From assembly GCF_009914755.1 (NCBI RefSeq), contig NC_060937.1: 64,000 bases of DNA. The stretch is one strand, 5' to 3'. Shown here piece after piece: positions 38,717 through 52,654 of this stretch. Origin of the DNA: the human T2T-CHM13v2.0 reference genome, Homo sapiens. How positions within the stretch are numbered: the stretch's first letter is position 1; each line of letters opens with the position of its first letter. A program made the position numbers and the translations under genes. The notes beneath the pieces were generated by a model that made no database searches, was not told the origin of the DNA, and saw nothing but the letters and a program-made list of their open reading frames with translations.

Positions 38717-41700
38717 GTGTTTCAAACCTGCTCTATGAAAGGGAATCTTCAACTCTATGAGTTGAATGCAGACATCAGAAAGAAATTTCTGAGAATGCTG
38801 CTGTCTACCTTTTATTTGAATTCCCGCTTCCAACGAAATCCTCCAAGCTATCCAAATATCCACTTGCAGATTCCACAAAAAGAGTGTTTCAAAACTGCTC
38901 TCTATCAATGGCAAAGTTCAACTCTGTTAGTTGAGGACACATATCACCAACAAGTTTCTGAGAATGCTTCTGTCTATTTTTTATGGGAAGATATTTCCTT
39001 TTTCACCGTAGGCGTCAAGGCGATCGAAATGTCCACTTCCACAAACTACAAAAAGAGTGTTTCAAACCTGCTCTATGAAAGGCCATGTTCATCTCTATGA
39101 GTCGAATGGAAATATCCGAAAGAAATTTCTGGGAATGCTGCTGTCTAGTTTTTATACGAATTCCCGCTTCCAACGAAATCCTCAAAGCAATCCAAATATC
39201 CACTTGCAGAATCCACAAAAAGAGTGTTTCAAAACTGCTCTATCAATAGAAAGGTTCAACTCTTTTAGTTGAGTACACACATCACAAACAAGTTTCTGAG
39301 AATGCTTCTGTCTGGCTTTTATTGGAAGACGTTTCCTTTTCACCAAAGGCATCAAAGCGCTCCAAATGTCCACTTCCAGATTCTTCCAAAAGAGTGTTTG
39401 AAACGTGCTCAAAGTAAGGGAATGTTCAACTCTGTGACTTGAATGCAGATATCACCAAGTAGTTTCTAATAGTGCTTCTGTCTAGATTTTAGATGATGAT
39501 ATTCCCGTTTCCAACGAAATCGTTAGAGCTATCCAAATATCCACTTACAGTTGCTACAAAAACAGTGTTTCCAAACTGCTGCATCAAAAGAAAGGTTCAA
39601 CTCTGTTAGTTGAGGACACACGTCACAAAGAAGTTTGTGAGAATGCTTCTGTCTAGATTTTGTATGACGATATTCCCTTTTCCAACGATATCGTTAAAGC
39701 AATCTAAATATCCATTTGCAGAATCCACAAAAATAGAGTTTCAAAGCTGCTCTGTAAAAAGAAAGGTTCCACTCTGTTAGCTGAGTACACACATCACAAA
39801 CTTGTTTCTCAGAATCCTTCTGTCTCGTTTTTCTGGGAAGATATTTACTTTTTCACCGTAGGCATCAAAGCGCTCCAAATGTCCACATCCAGATACTCCA
39901 GAAAGAGTGTTTCAAACCTGCTCTATGAAAGGGAATCTTCAACTCTATGAGTTGAATGCAGACATCAGAAAGAAATTTCTGAGAATGCTGCTGTCTACCT
40001 TTTATTTGAATTCCCGCTTCCAACGAAATCCTCCAAGCTATCCAAATATCCACTTGCAGATTCCACAAAAAGAGTGTTTCAAAACTGCTCTCTATCAATG
40101 GCAAAGTTCAACTCTGTTAGTTGAGGACACATATCACCAACAAGTTTCTGAGAATGCTTCTGTCTATTTTTTATGGGAAGATATTTCCTTTTTCACCGTA
40201 GGCGTCAAGGCGATCGAAATGTCCACTTCCACAAACTACAAAAAGAGTGTTTCAAACCTGCTCTATGAAAGGCCATGTTCATCTCTATGAGTCGAATGGA
40301 AATATCCGAAAGAAATTTCTGGGAATGCTGCTGTCTAGTTTTTATACGAATTCCCGCTTCCAACGAAATCCTCAAAGCAATCCAAATATCCACTTGCAGA
40401 ATCCACAAAAAGAGTGTTTCAAAACTGCTCTATCAATAGAAAGGTTCAACTCTTTTAGTTGAGTACACACATCACAAACAAGTTTCTGAGAATGCTTCTG
40501 TCTGGCTTTTATTGGAAGACGTTTCCTTTTCACCAAAGGCATCAAAGCGCTCCAAATGTCCACTTCCAGATTCTTCCAAAAGAGTGTTTGAAACGTGCTC
40601 AAAGTAAGGGAATGTTCAACTCTGTGACTTGAATGCAGATATCACCAAGTAGTTTCTAATAGTGCTTCTGTCTAGATTTTAGATGATGATATTCCCGTTT
40701 CCAACGAAATCGTTAGAGCTATCCAAATATCCACTTACAGTTGCTACAAAAACAGTGTTTCCAAACTGCTGCATCAAAAGAAAGGTTCAACTCTGTTAGT
40801 TGAGGACACACGTCACAAAGAAGTTTGTGAGAATGCTTCTGTCTAGATTTTGTATGACGATATTCCCTTTTCCAACGATATCGTTAAAGCAATCTAAATA
40901 TCCATTTGCAGAATCCACAAAAATAGAGTTTCAAAGCTGCTCTGTAAAAAGAAAGGTTCCACTCTGTTAGCTGAGTACACACATCACAAACTTGTTTCTC
41001 AGAATCCTTCTGTCTCGTTTTTCTGGGAAGATATTTACTTTTTCACCGTAGGCATCAAAGCGCTCCAAATGTCCACATCCAGATACTCCAGAAAGAGTGT
41101 TTCAAACCTGCTCTATGAAAGGGAATCTTCAACTCTATGAGTTGAATGCAGACATCAGAAAGAAATTTCTGAGAATGCTGCTGTCTACCTTTTATTTGAA
41201 TTCCCGCTTCCAACGAAATCCTCCAAGCTATCCAAATATCCACTTGCAGATTCCACAAAAAGAGTGTTTCAAAACTGCTCTCTATCAATGGCAAAGTTCA
41301 ACTCTGTTAGTTGAGGACACATATCACCAACAAGTTTCTGAGAATGCTTCTGTCTATTTTTTATGGGAAGATATTTCCTTTTTCACCGTAGGCGTCAAGG
41401 CGATCGAAATGTCCACTTCCACAAACTACAAAAAGAGTGTTTCAAACCTGCTCTATGAAAGGCCATGTTCATCTCTATGAGTCGAATGGAAATATCCGAA
41501 AGAAATTTCTGGGAATGCTGCTGTCTAGTTTTTATACGAATTCCCGCTTCCAACGAAATCCTCAAAGCAATCCAAATATCCACTTGCAGAATCCACAAAA
41601 AGAGTGTTTCAAAACTGCTCTATCAATAGAAAGGTTCAACTCTTTTAGTTGAGTACACACATCACAAACAAGTTTCTGAGAATGCTTCGGTCTGGCTTTT

Positions 41701-42286
41701 ATTGGAAGACGTTTCCTTTTCACCAAAGGCATCAAAGCGCTCCAAATGTCCACTTCCAGATTCTTCCAAAAGAGTGTTTGAAACGTGCTCAAAGTAAGGG
41801 AATGTTCAACTCTGTGACTTGAATGCAGATATCACCAAGTAGTTTCTAATAGTGCTTCTGTCTAGATTTTAGATGATGATATTCCCGTTTCCAACGAAAT
41901 CGTTAGAGCTATCCAAATATCCACTTACAGTTTCTACAAAAAGAGTGTTTCCAAACTGCTGCATCAAAAGAAAGGTTCAACTCTGTTAGTTGAGGACACA
42001 CGTCACAAAGAAGTTTGTGAGAATGCTTCTGTCTAGATTTTGTATGACCATATTCCCTTTTCCAGCGATATCATTAAAGCAATCTAAATATCCATTTGCA
42101 GAATCCACAAAAATAGAGTTTCAAAGCTGCTCTGTAAAAAGAAAGGTTCCACTCTGTTAGCTGAGTACACACATCACAAACTTGTTTCTCAGAATCCTTC
42201 TGTCTCGTTTTTCTGGGAAGATATTTACTTTTTCACCGTAGGCATCAAAGCGCTCCAAATGTCCACATCCAGATACTCCAGAAAGA

Positions 42287-42966
42287 GTGTTTCAAACCTG
42301 CTCTATGAAAGGGAATCTTCAACTCTATGAGTTGAATGCAGACATCAGAAAGAAATTTCTGAGAATGCTGCTGTCTACCTTTTATTTGAATTCCCGCTTC
42401 CAACGAAATCCTCCAAGCTATCCAAATATCCACCTGCATTTTCCACAAAAAGAGCGTTTCAAAACTGCTCTATCAATAGAAATGTTCAACTCCTTTGGCT
42501 GGGTACACACATCACAAACAAGTTTCTGAGAATGCTTCTGTCTAGTTTTTATGGGAAGACATTCCCTTTTTCACCAAAGGCATCAAAGCGCTCCAAATGT
42601 CCACTTCCAGACACTACAAAAAGAGTGTTTCCAACGTGCTCTAAGAAAGCGAATGTTCAACTCTGTGACTTGAATGCAGATATCACAAAGTAGTTTCTGA
42701 GAGGGCTTCTGTCTAGATTTTAGATGATGATATTCCCGTTTCCAACGAAATCATTAGAGCTATCCAAATATCCACTTACAGTTTCTACAAAAAGAGTGTT
42801 TCCAAACTGCTGCATCAAAAGAGAGGTTCCACTCTGTTAGCTGAGTACACACATCACAAACTTGTTTCTCAGAATCCTTCTGTCTCGTTTTTCTGGGAAG
42901 ATATTTACTTTTTCACCGTAGGCATCAAAGCGCTCCAAATGTCCACATCCAGATACTCCAGAAAGA
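42287..42966 (-). repeat. 4-monomer block, 680-bp haplotype
   Basis: 680-bp period shift and diagnostic SNPs. Confidence 0.9.
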
Positions 42967-45900
42967 GTGTTTCAAACCTGCTCTATGAAAGGGAATCTTC
43001 AACTCTATGAGTTGAATGCAGACATCAGAAAGAAATTTCTGAGAATGCTGCTGTCTACCTTTTATTTGAATTCCCGCTTCCAACGAAATCCTCCAAGCTA
43101 TCCAAATATCCACTTGCAGATTCCACAAAAAGAGTGTTTCAAAACTGCTCTCTATCAATGGCAAAGTTCAACTCTGTTAGTTGAGGACACATATCACCAA
43201 CAAGTTTCTGAGAATGCTTCTGTCTATTTTTTATGGGAAGATATTTCCTTTTTCACCGTAGGCGTCAAGGCGATCGAAATGTCCACTTCCACAAACTACA
43301 AAAAGAGTGTTTCAAACCTGCTCTATGAAAGGCCATGTTCATCTCTATGAGTCGAATGGAAATATCCGAAAGAAATTTCTGGGAATGCTGCTGTCTAGTT
43401 TTTATACGAATTCCCGCTTCCAACGAAATCCTCAAAGCAATCCAAATATCCACTTGCAGAATCCACAAAAAGAGTGTTTCAAAACTGCTCTATCAATAGA
43501 AAGGTTCAACTCTTTTAGTTGAGTACACACATCACAAACAAGTTTCTGAGAATGCTTCTGTCTGGCTTTTATTGGAAGACGTTTCCTTTTCACCAAAGGC
43601 ATCAAAGCGCTCCAAATGTCCACTTCCAGATTCTTCCAAAAGAGTGTTTGAAACGTGCTCAAAGTAAGGGAATGTTCAACTCTGTGACTTGAATGCAGAT
43701 ATCACCAAGTAGTTTCTAATAGTGCTTCTGTCTAGATTTTAGATGATGATATTCCCGTTTCCAACGAAATCGTTAGAGCTATCCAAATATCCACTTACAG
43801 TTGCTACAAAAACAGTGTTTCCAAACTGCTGCATCAAAAGAAAGGTTCAACTCTGTTAGTTGAGGACACACGTCACAAAGAAGTTTGTGAGAATGCTTCT
43901 GTCTAGATTTTGTATGACGATATTCCCTTTTCCAACGATATCGTTAAAGCAATCTAAATATCCATTTGCAGAATCCACAAAAATAGAGTTTCAAAGCTGC
44001 TCTGTAAAAAGAAAGGTTCCACTCTGTTAGCTGAGTACACACATCACAAACTTGTTTCTCAGAATCCTTCTGTCTCGTTTTTATGGGAAGATATTTACTT
44101 TTTCACCGTAGGCATCAAAGCGCTCCAAATGTCCACATCCAGATACTCCAGAAAGAGTGTTTCAAACCTGCTCTATGAAAGGGAATCTTCAACTCTATGA
44201 GTTGAATGCAGACATCAGAAAGAAATTTCTGAGAATGCTGCTGTCTACCTTTTATTTGAATTCCCGCTTCCAACGAAATCCTCCAAGCTATCCAAATATC
44301 CACTTGCAGATTCCACAAAAAGAGTGTTTCAAAACTGCTCTCTATCAATGGCAAAGTTCAACTCTGTTAGTTGAGGACACATATCACCAACAAGTTTCTG
44401 AGAATGCTTCTGTCTATTTTTTATGGGAAGATATTTCCTTTTTCACCGTAGGCGTCAAGGCGATCGAAATGTCCACTTCCACAAACTACAAAAAGAGTGT
44501 TTCAAACCTGCTCTATGAAAGGCCATGTTCATCTCTATGAGTCGAATGGAAATATCCGAAAGAAATTTCTGGGAATGCTGCTGTCTAGTTTTTATACGAA
44601 TTCCCGCTTCCAACGAAATCCTCAAAGCAATCCAAATATCCACTTGCAGAATCCACAAAAAGAGTGTTTCAAAACTGCTCTATCAATAGAAAGGTTCAAC
44701 TCTTTTAGTTGAGTACACACATCACAAACAAGTTTCTGAGAATGCTTCTGTCTGGCTTTTATTGGAAGACGTTTCCTTTTCACCAAAGGCATCAAAGCGC
44801 TCCAAATGTCCACTTCCAGATTCTTCCAAAAGAGTGTTTGAAACGTGCTCAAAGTAAGGGAATGTTCAACTCTGTGACTTGAATGCAGATATCACCAAGT
44901 AGTTTCTAATAGTGCTTCTGTCTAGATTTTAGATGATGATATTCCCGTTTCCAACGAAATCGTTAGAGCTATCCAAATATCCACTTACAGTTGCTACAAA
45001 AACAGTGTTTCCAAACTGCTGCATCAAAAGAAAGGTTCAACTCTGTTAGTTGAGGACACACGTCACAAAGAAGTTTGTGAGAATGCTTCTGTCTAGATTT
45101 TGTATGACGATATTCCCTTTTCCAACGATATCGTTAAAGCAATCTAAATATCCATTTGCAGAATCCACAAAAATAGAGTTTCAAAGCTGCTCTGTAAAAA
45201 GAAAGGTTCCACTCTGTTAGCTGAGTACACACATCACAAACTTGTTTCTCAGAATCCTTCTGTCTCGTTTTTCTGGGAAGATATTTACTTTTTCACCGTA
45301 GGCATCAAAGCGCTCCAAATGTCCACATCCAGATACTCCAGAAAGAGTGTTTCAAACCTGCTCTATGAAAGGGAATCTTCAACTCTATGAGTTGAATGCA
45401 GACATCAGAAAGAAATTTCTGAGAATGCTGCTGTCTACCTTTTATTTGAATTCCCGCTTCCAACGAAATCCTCCAAGCTATCCAAATATCCACTTGCAGA
45501 TTCCACAAAAAGAGTGTTTCAAAACTGCTCTCTATCAATGGCAAAGTTCAACTCTGTTAGTTGAGGACACATATCACCAACAAGTTTCTGAGAATGCTTC
45601 TGTCTATTTTTTATGGGAAGATATTTCCTTTTTCACCGTAGGCGTCAAGGCGATCGAAATGTCCACTTCCACAAACTACAAAAAGAGTGTTTCAAACCTG
45701 CTCTATGAAAGGCCATGTTCATCTCTATGAGTCGAATGGAAATATCCGAAAGAAATTTCTGGGAATGCTGCTGTCTAGTTTTTATACGAATTCCCGCTTC
45801 CAACGAAATCCTCAAAGCAATCCAAATATCCACTTGCAGAATCCACAAAAAGAGTGTTTCAAAACTGCTCTATCAATAGAAAGGTTCAACTCTTTTAGTT

Positions 45901-48900
45901 GAGTACACACATCACAAACAAGTTTCTGAGAATGCTTCTGTCTGGCTTTTATTGGAAGACGTTTCCTTTTCACCAAAGGCATCAAAGCGCTCCAAATGTC
46001 CACTTCCAGATTCTTCCAAAAGAGTGTTTGAAACGTGCTCAAAGTAAGGGAATGTTCAACTCTGTGACTTGAATGCAGATATCACCAAGTAGTTTCTAAT
46101 AGTGCTTCTGTCTAGATTTTAGATGATGATATTCCCGTTTCCAACGAAATCGTTAGAGCTATCCAAATATCCACTTACAGTTGCTACAAAAACAGTGTTT
46201 CCAAACTGCTGCATCAAAAGAAAGGTTCAACTCTGTTAGTTGAGGACACACGTCACAAAGAAGTTTGTGAGAATGCTTCTGTCTAGATTTTGTATGACGA
46301 TATTCCCTTTTCCAACGATATCGTTAAAGCAATCTAAATATCCATTTGCAGAATCCACAAAAATAGAGTTTCAAAGCTGCTCTGTAAAAAGAAAGGTTCC
46401 ACTCTGTTAGCTGAGTACACACATCACAAACTTGTTTCTCAGAATCCTTCTGTCTCGTTTTTCTGGGAAGATATTTACTTTTTCACCGTAGGCATCAAAG
46501 CGCTCCAAATGTCCACATCCAGATACTCCAGAAAGAGTGTTTCAAACCTGCTCTATGAAAGGGAATCTTCAACTCTATGAGTTGAATGCAGACATCAGAA
46601 AGAAATTTCTGAGAATGCTGCTGTCTACCTTTTATTTGAATTCCCGCTTCCAACGAAATCCTCCAAGCTATCCAAATATCCACTTGCAGATTCCACAAAA
46701 AGAGTGTTTCAAAACTGCTCTCTATCAATGGCAAAGTTCAACTCTGTTAGTTGAGGACACATATCACCAACAAGTTTCTGAGAATGCTTCTGTCTATTTT
46801 TTATGGGAAGATATTTCCTTTTTCACCGTAGGCGTCAAGGCGATCGAAATGTCCACTTCCACAAACTACAAAAAGAGTGTTTCAAACCTGCTCTATGAAA
46901 GGCCATGTTCATCTCTATGAGTCGAATGGAAATATCCGAAAGAAATTTCTGGGAATGCTGCTGTCTAGTTTTTATACGAATTCCCGCTTCCAACGAAATC
47001 CTCAAAGCAATCCAAATATCCACTTGCAGAATCCACAAAAAGAGTGTTTCAAAACTGCTCTATCAATAGAAAGGTTCAACTCTTTTAGTTGAGTACACAC
47101 ATCACAAACAAGTTTCTGAGAATGCTTCTGTCTGGCTTTTATTGGAAGACGTTTCCTTTTCACCAAAGGCATCAAAGCGCTCCAAATGTCCACTTCCAGA
47201 TTCTTCCAAAAGAGTGTTTGAAACGTGCTCAAAGTAAGGGAATGTTCAACTCTGTGACTTGAATGCAGATATCACCAAGTAGTTTCTAATAGTGCTTCTG
47301 TCTAGATTTTAGATGATGATATTCCCGTTTCCAACGAAATCGTTAGAGCTATCCAAATATCCACTTACAGTTGCTACAAAAACAGTGTTTCCAAACTGCT
47401 GCATCAAAAGAAAGGTTCAACTCTGTTAGTTGAGGACACACGTCACAAAGAAGTTTGTGAGAATGCTTCTGTCTAGATTTTGTATGACGATATTCCCTTT
47501 TCCAACGATATCGTTAAAGCAATCTAAATATCCATTTGCAGAATCCACAAAAATAGAGTTTCAAAGCTGCTCTGTAAAAAGAAAGGTTCCACTCTGTTAG
47601 CTGAGTACACACATCACAAACTTGTTTCTCAGAATCCTTCTGTCTCGTTTTTCTGGGAAGATATTTACTTTTTCACCGTAGGCATCAAAGCGCTCCAAAT
47701 GTCCACATCCAGATACTCCAGAAAGAGTGTTTCAAACCTGCTCTATGAAAGGGAATCTTCAACTCTATGAGTTGAATGCAGACATCAGAAAGAAATTTCT
47801 GAGAATGCTGCTGTCTACCTTTTATTTGAATTCCCGCTTCCAACGAAATCCTCCAAGCTATCCAAATATCCACTTGCAGATTCCACAAAAAGAGTGTTTC
47901 AAAACTGCTCTCTATCAATGGCAAAGTTCAACTCTGTTAGTTGAGGACACATATCACCAACAAGTTTCTGAGAATGCTTCTGTCTATTTTTTATGGGAAG
48001 ATATTTCCTTTTTCACCGTAGGCGTCAAGGCGATCGAAATGTCCACTTCCACAAACTACAAAAAGAGTGTTTCAAACCTGCTCTATGAAAGGCCATGTTC
48101 ATCTCTATGAGTCGAATGGAAATATCCGAAAGAAATTTCTGGGAATGCTGCTGTCTAGTTTTTATACGAATTCCCGCTTCCAACGAAATCCTCAAAGCAA
48201 TCCAAATATCCACTTGCAGAATCCACAAAAAGAGTGTTTCAAAACTGCTCTATCAATAGAAAGGTTCAACTCTTTTAGTTGAGTACACACATCACAAACA
48301 AGTTTCTGAGAATGCTTCTGTCTGGCTTTTATTGGAAGACGTTTCCTTTTCACCAAAGGCATCAAAGCGCTCCAAATGTCCACTTCCAGATTCTTCCAAA
48401 AGAGTGTTTGAAACGTGCTCAAAGTAAGGGAATGTTCAACTCTGTGACTTGAATGCAGATATCACCAAGTAGTTTCTAATAGTGCTTCTGTCTAGATTTT
48501 AGATGATGATATTCCCGTTTCCAACGAAATCGTTAGAGCTATCCAAATATCCACTTACAGTTGCTACAAAAAGAGTGTTTCCAAACTGCTGCATCAAAAG
48601 AAAGGTTCAACTCTGTTAGTTGAGGACACACGTCACAAAGAAGTTTGTGAGAATGCTTCTGTCTAGATTTTGTATGACGATATTCCCTTTTCCAACGATA
48701 TCGTTAAAGCAATCTAAATATCCATTTGCAGAATCCACAAAAATAGAGTTTCAAAGCTGCTCTGTAAAAAGAAAGGTTCCACTCTGTTAGCTGAGTACAC
48801 ACATCACAAACTTGTTTCTCAGAATCCTTCTGTCTCGTTTTTCTGGGAAGATATTTACTTTTTCACCGTAGGCATCAAAGCGCTCCAAATGTCCACATCC

Positions 48901-50106
48901 AGATACTCCAGAAAGAGTGTTTCAAACCTGCTCTATGAAAGGGAATCTTCAACTCTATGAGTTGAATGCAGACATCAGAAAGAAATTTCTGAGAATGCTG
49001 CTGTCTACCTTTTATTTGAATTCCCGCTTCCAACGAAATCCTCCAAGCTATCCAAATATCCACTTGCAGATTCCACAAAAAGAGTGTTTCAAAACTGCTC
49101 TCTATCAATGGCAAAGTTCAACTCTGTTAGTTGAGGACACATATCACCAACAAGTTTCTGAGAATGCTTCTGTCTATTTTTTATGGGAAGATATTTCCTT
49201 TTTCACCGTAGGCGTCAAGGCGATCGAAATGTCCACTTCCACAAACTACAAAAAGAGTGTTTCAAACCTGCTCTATGAAAGGCCATGTTCATCTCTATGA
49301 GTCGAATGGAAATATCCGAAAGAAATTTCTGGGAATGCTGCTGTCTAGTTTTTATACGAATTCCCGCTTCCAACGAAATCCTCAAAGCAATCCAAATATC
49401 CACTTGCAGAATCCACAAAAAGAGTGTTTCAAAACTGCTCTATCAATAGAAAGGTTCAACTCTTTTAGTTGAGTACACACATCACAAACAAGTTTCTGAG
49501 AATGCTTCTGTCTGGCTTTTATTGGAAGACGTTTCCTTTTCACCAAAGGCATCAAAGCGCTCCAAATGTCCACTTCCAGATTCTTCCAAAAGAGTGTTTG
49601 AAACGTGCCCAAAGTAAGGGAATGTTCAACTCTGTGACTTGAATGCAGATATCACCAAGTAGTTTCTAATAGTGCTTCTGTCTAGATTTTAGATGATGAT
49701 ATTCCCGTTTCCAACGAAATCGTTAGAGCTATCCAAATATCCACTTACAGTTTCTACAAAAAGAGTGTTTCCAAACTGCTGCATCAAAAGAAAGGTTCAA
49801 CTCTGTTAGTTGAGGACACACATCACAAAGAAGTTTGTGAGAATGCTTCTGTCTAGATTTTGTATGACCATATTCCCTTTCCCAGCGATATCATTAAAGC
49901 AATCTAAATATCCATTTGCAGAATCCACAAAAATAGAGTTTCAAAGCTGCTCTGTAAAAAGAAAGGTTCCACTCTGTTAGCTGAGTACACACATCACAAA
50001 CTTGTTTCTGAGAATCCTTCTGTCTCGTTTTTATGGGAAGATATTTACTTTTTCACCGTAGGCATCAAAGCGCTCCAAATGTCCACATCCAGATACTCCA
50101 GAAAGA

Positions 50107-50784
50107 GTGTTTCAAACCTGCTCTATGAAAGGGAATCTTCAACTCTATGAGTTGAATGCAGACATCAGAAAGAAATTTCTGAGAATGCTGCTGTCTACCT
50201 TTTATTTGAACTCCCGCTTCCAACGAAATCCTCCAAGCTATCCAAATATCCACTTGCATTTTCCACAAAAAGAGTGCTTCAAAACTGCTCTATCAATAAA
50301 TGTTCAACTCCTTTAGCTGGGTGCACACATCACAAACAAGTTTCTGAGAATGCTTCTGTCTAGTTTTTATGGGAAGACATTCCCTTTTTCACCAAAGGCA
50401 TCAAAGTGCTCCAAATGTCCACTTCCAGACACTACAAAAAGAGTGTTTCCAACGTGCTCTAAGAAAGCGAATGTTCAACTCTGTGACTTGAATGCAGATA
50501 TCACAAAGTAGTTTCTGAGAGGGCTTCTGTCTAGATTTTAGATGATTATATTCCCGTTTCCAACGAAATCATTAGAGCTATCCAAATATCCACTTACAGT
50601 TTCTACAAAAAGAGTGTTTCCAAACTGCTGCATCAAAAGAGAGGTTCCACTCTGTTAGCTGAGTACACACATCACAAACTTGTTTCTGAGAATCCTTCTG
50701 TGTCGTTTTTCTGGGAAGATATTTACTTTTTCACCGTAGGCATCAAAGCGCTCCAAATGTCCACATCCAGATACTCCAGAAAGA
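50107..50784 (-). repeat. 4-monomer block, 678-bp haplotype
   Basis: 2-bp deletion, gaactcc at 50211; private SNP at 50407. Confidence 0.9.
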
Positions 50785-51974
50785 GTGTTTCAAACCTGCT
50801 CTATGAAAGGGAATCTTCAACTCTATGAGTTGAATGCAGACATCAGAAAGAAATTTCTGAGAATGCTGCTGTCTACCTTTTATTTGAATTCCCGCTTCCA
50901 ACGAAATCCTCCAAGCTATCCAAATATCCACTTGCAGATTCCACAAAAAGAGTGTTTCAAAACTGCTCTCTATCAATGGCAAAGTTCAACTCTGTTAGTT
51001 GAGGACACATATCACCAACAAGTTTCTGAGAATGCTTCTGTCTATTTTTTATGGGAAGATATTTCCTTTTTCACCGTAGGCGTCAAGGCGATCGAAATGT
51101 CCACTTCCACAAACTACAAAAAGAGTGTTTCAAACCTGCTCTATGAAAGGCCATGTTCATCTCTATGAGTCGAATGGAAATATCCGAAAGAAATTTCTGG
51201 GAATGCTGCTGTCTAGTTTTTATACGAATTCCCGCTTCCAACGAAATCCTCAAAGCAATCCAAATATCCACTTGCAGAATCCACAAAAAGAGTGTTTCAA
51301 AACTGCTCTATCAATAGAAAGGTTCAACTCTTTTAGTTGAGTACACACATCACAAACAAGTTTCTGAGAATGCTTCTGTCTGGCTTTTATTGGAAGACGT
51401 TTCCTTTTCACCAAAGGCATCAAAGCGCTCCAAATGTCCACTTCCAGATTCTTCCAAAAGAGTGTTTGAAACGTGCTCAAAGTAAGGGAATGTTCAACTC
51501 TGTGACTTGAATGCAGATATCACCAAGTAGTTTCTAATAGTGCTTCTGTCTAGATTTTAGATGATGATATTCCCGTTTCCAACGAAATCGTTAGAGCTAT
51601 CCAAATATCCACTTACAGTTGCTACAAAAACAGTGTTTCCAAACTGCTGCATCAAAAGAAAGGTTCAACTCTGTTAGTTGAGGACACACGTCACAAAGAA
51701 GTTTGTGAGAATGCTTCTGTCTAGATTTTGTATGACGATATTCCCTTTTCCAACGATATCGTTAAAGCAATCTAAATATCCATTTGCAGAATCCACAAAA
51801 ATAGAGTTTCAAAGCTGCTCTGTAAAAAGAAAGGTTCCACTCTGTTAGCTGAGTACACACATCACAAACTTGTTTCTCAGAATCCTTCTGTCTCGTTTTT
51901 CTGGGAAGATATTTACTTTTTCACCGTAGGCATCAAAGCGCTCCAAATGTCCACATCCAGATACTCCAGAAAGA

Positions 51975-52654
51975 GTGTTTCAAACCTGCTCTATGAAAGG
52001 GAATCTTCAACTCTATGAGTTGAATGCAGACATCAGAAAGAAATTTCTGAGAATGCTGCTGTCTACCTTTTATTTGAATTCCCGCTTCCAACGAAATCCT
52101 CCAAGCTATCCAAATATCCACCTGCATTTTCCACAAAAAGAGCGTTTCAAAACTGCTCTATCAATAGAAATGTTCAACTCCTTTGGCTGGGTACACACAT
52201 CACAAACAAGTTTCTGAGAATGCTTCTGTCTAGTTTTTATGGGAAGACATTCCCTTTTTCACCAAAGGCATCAAAGCGCTCCAAATGTCCACTTCCAGAC
52301 ACTACAAAAAGAGTGTTTCCAACGTGCTCTAAGAAAGCGAATGTTCAACTCTGTGACTTGAATGCAGATATCACAAAGTAGTTTCTGAGAGGGCTTCTGT
52401 CTAGATTTTAGATGATGATATTCCCGTTTCCAACGAAATCATTAGAGCTATCCAAATATCCACTTACAGTTTCTACAAAAAGAGTGTTTCCAAACTGCTG
52501 CATCAAAAGAGAGGTTCCACTCTGTTAGCTGAGTACACACATCACAAACTTGTTTCTCAGAATCCTTCTGTCTCGTTTTTCTGGGAAGATATTTACTTTT
52601 TCACCGTAGGCATCAAAGCGCTCCAAATGTCCACATCCAGATACTCCAGAAAGA
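51975..52654 (-). repeat. 4-monomer block, 680-bp haplotype
   Basis: 680-bp period shift and diagnostic SNPs. Confidence 0.9.
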
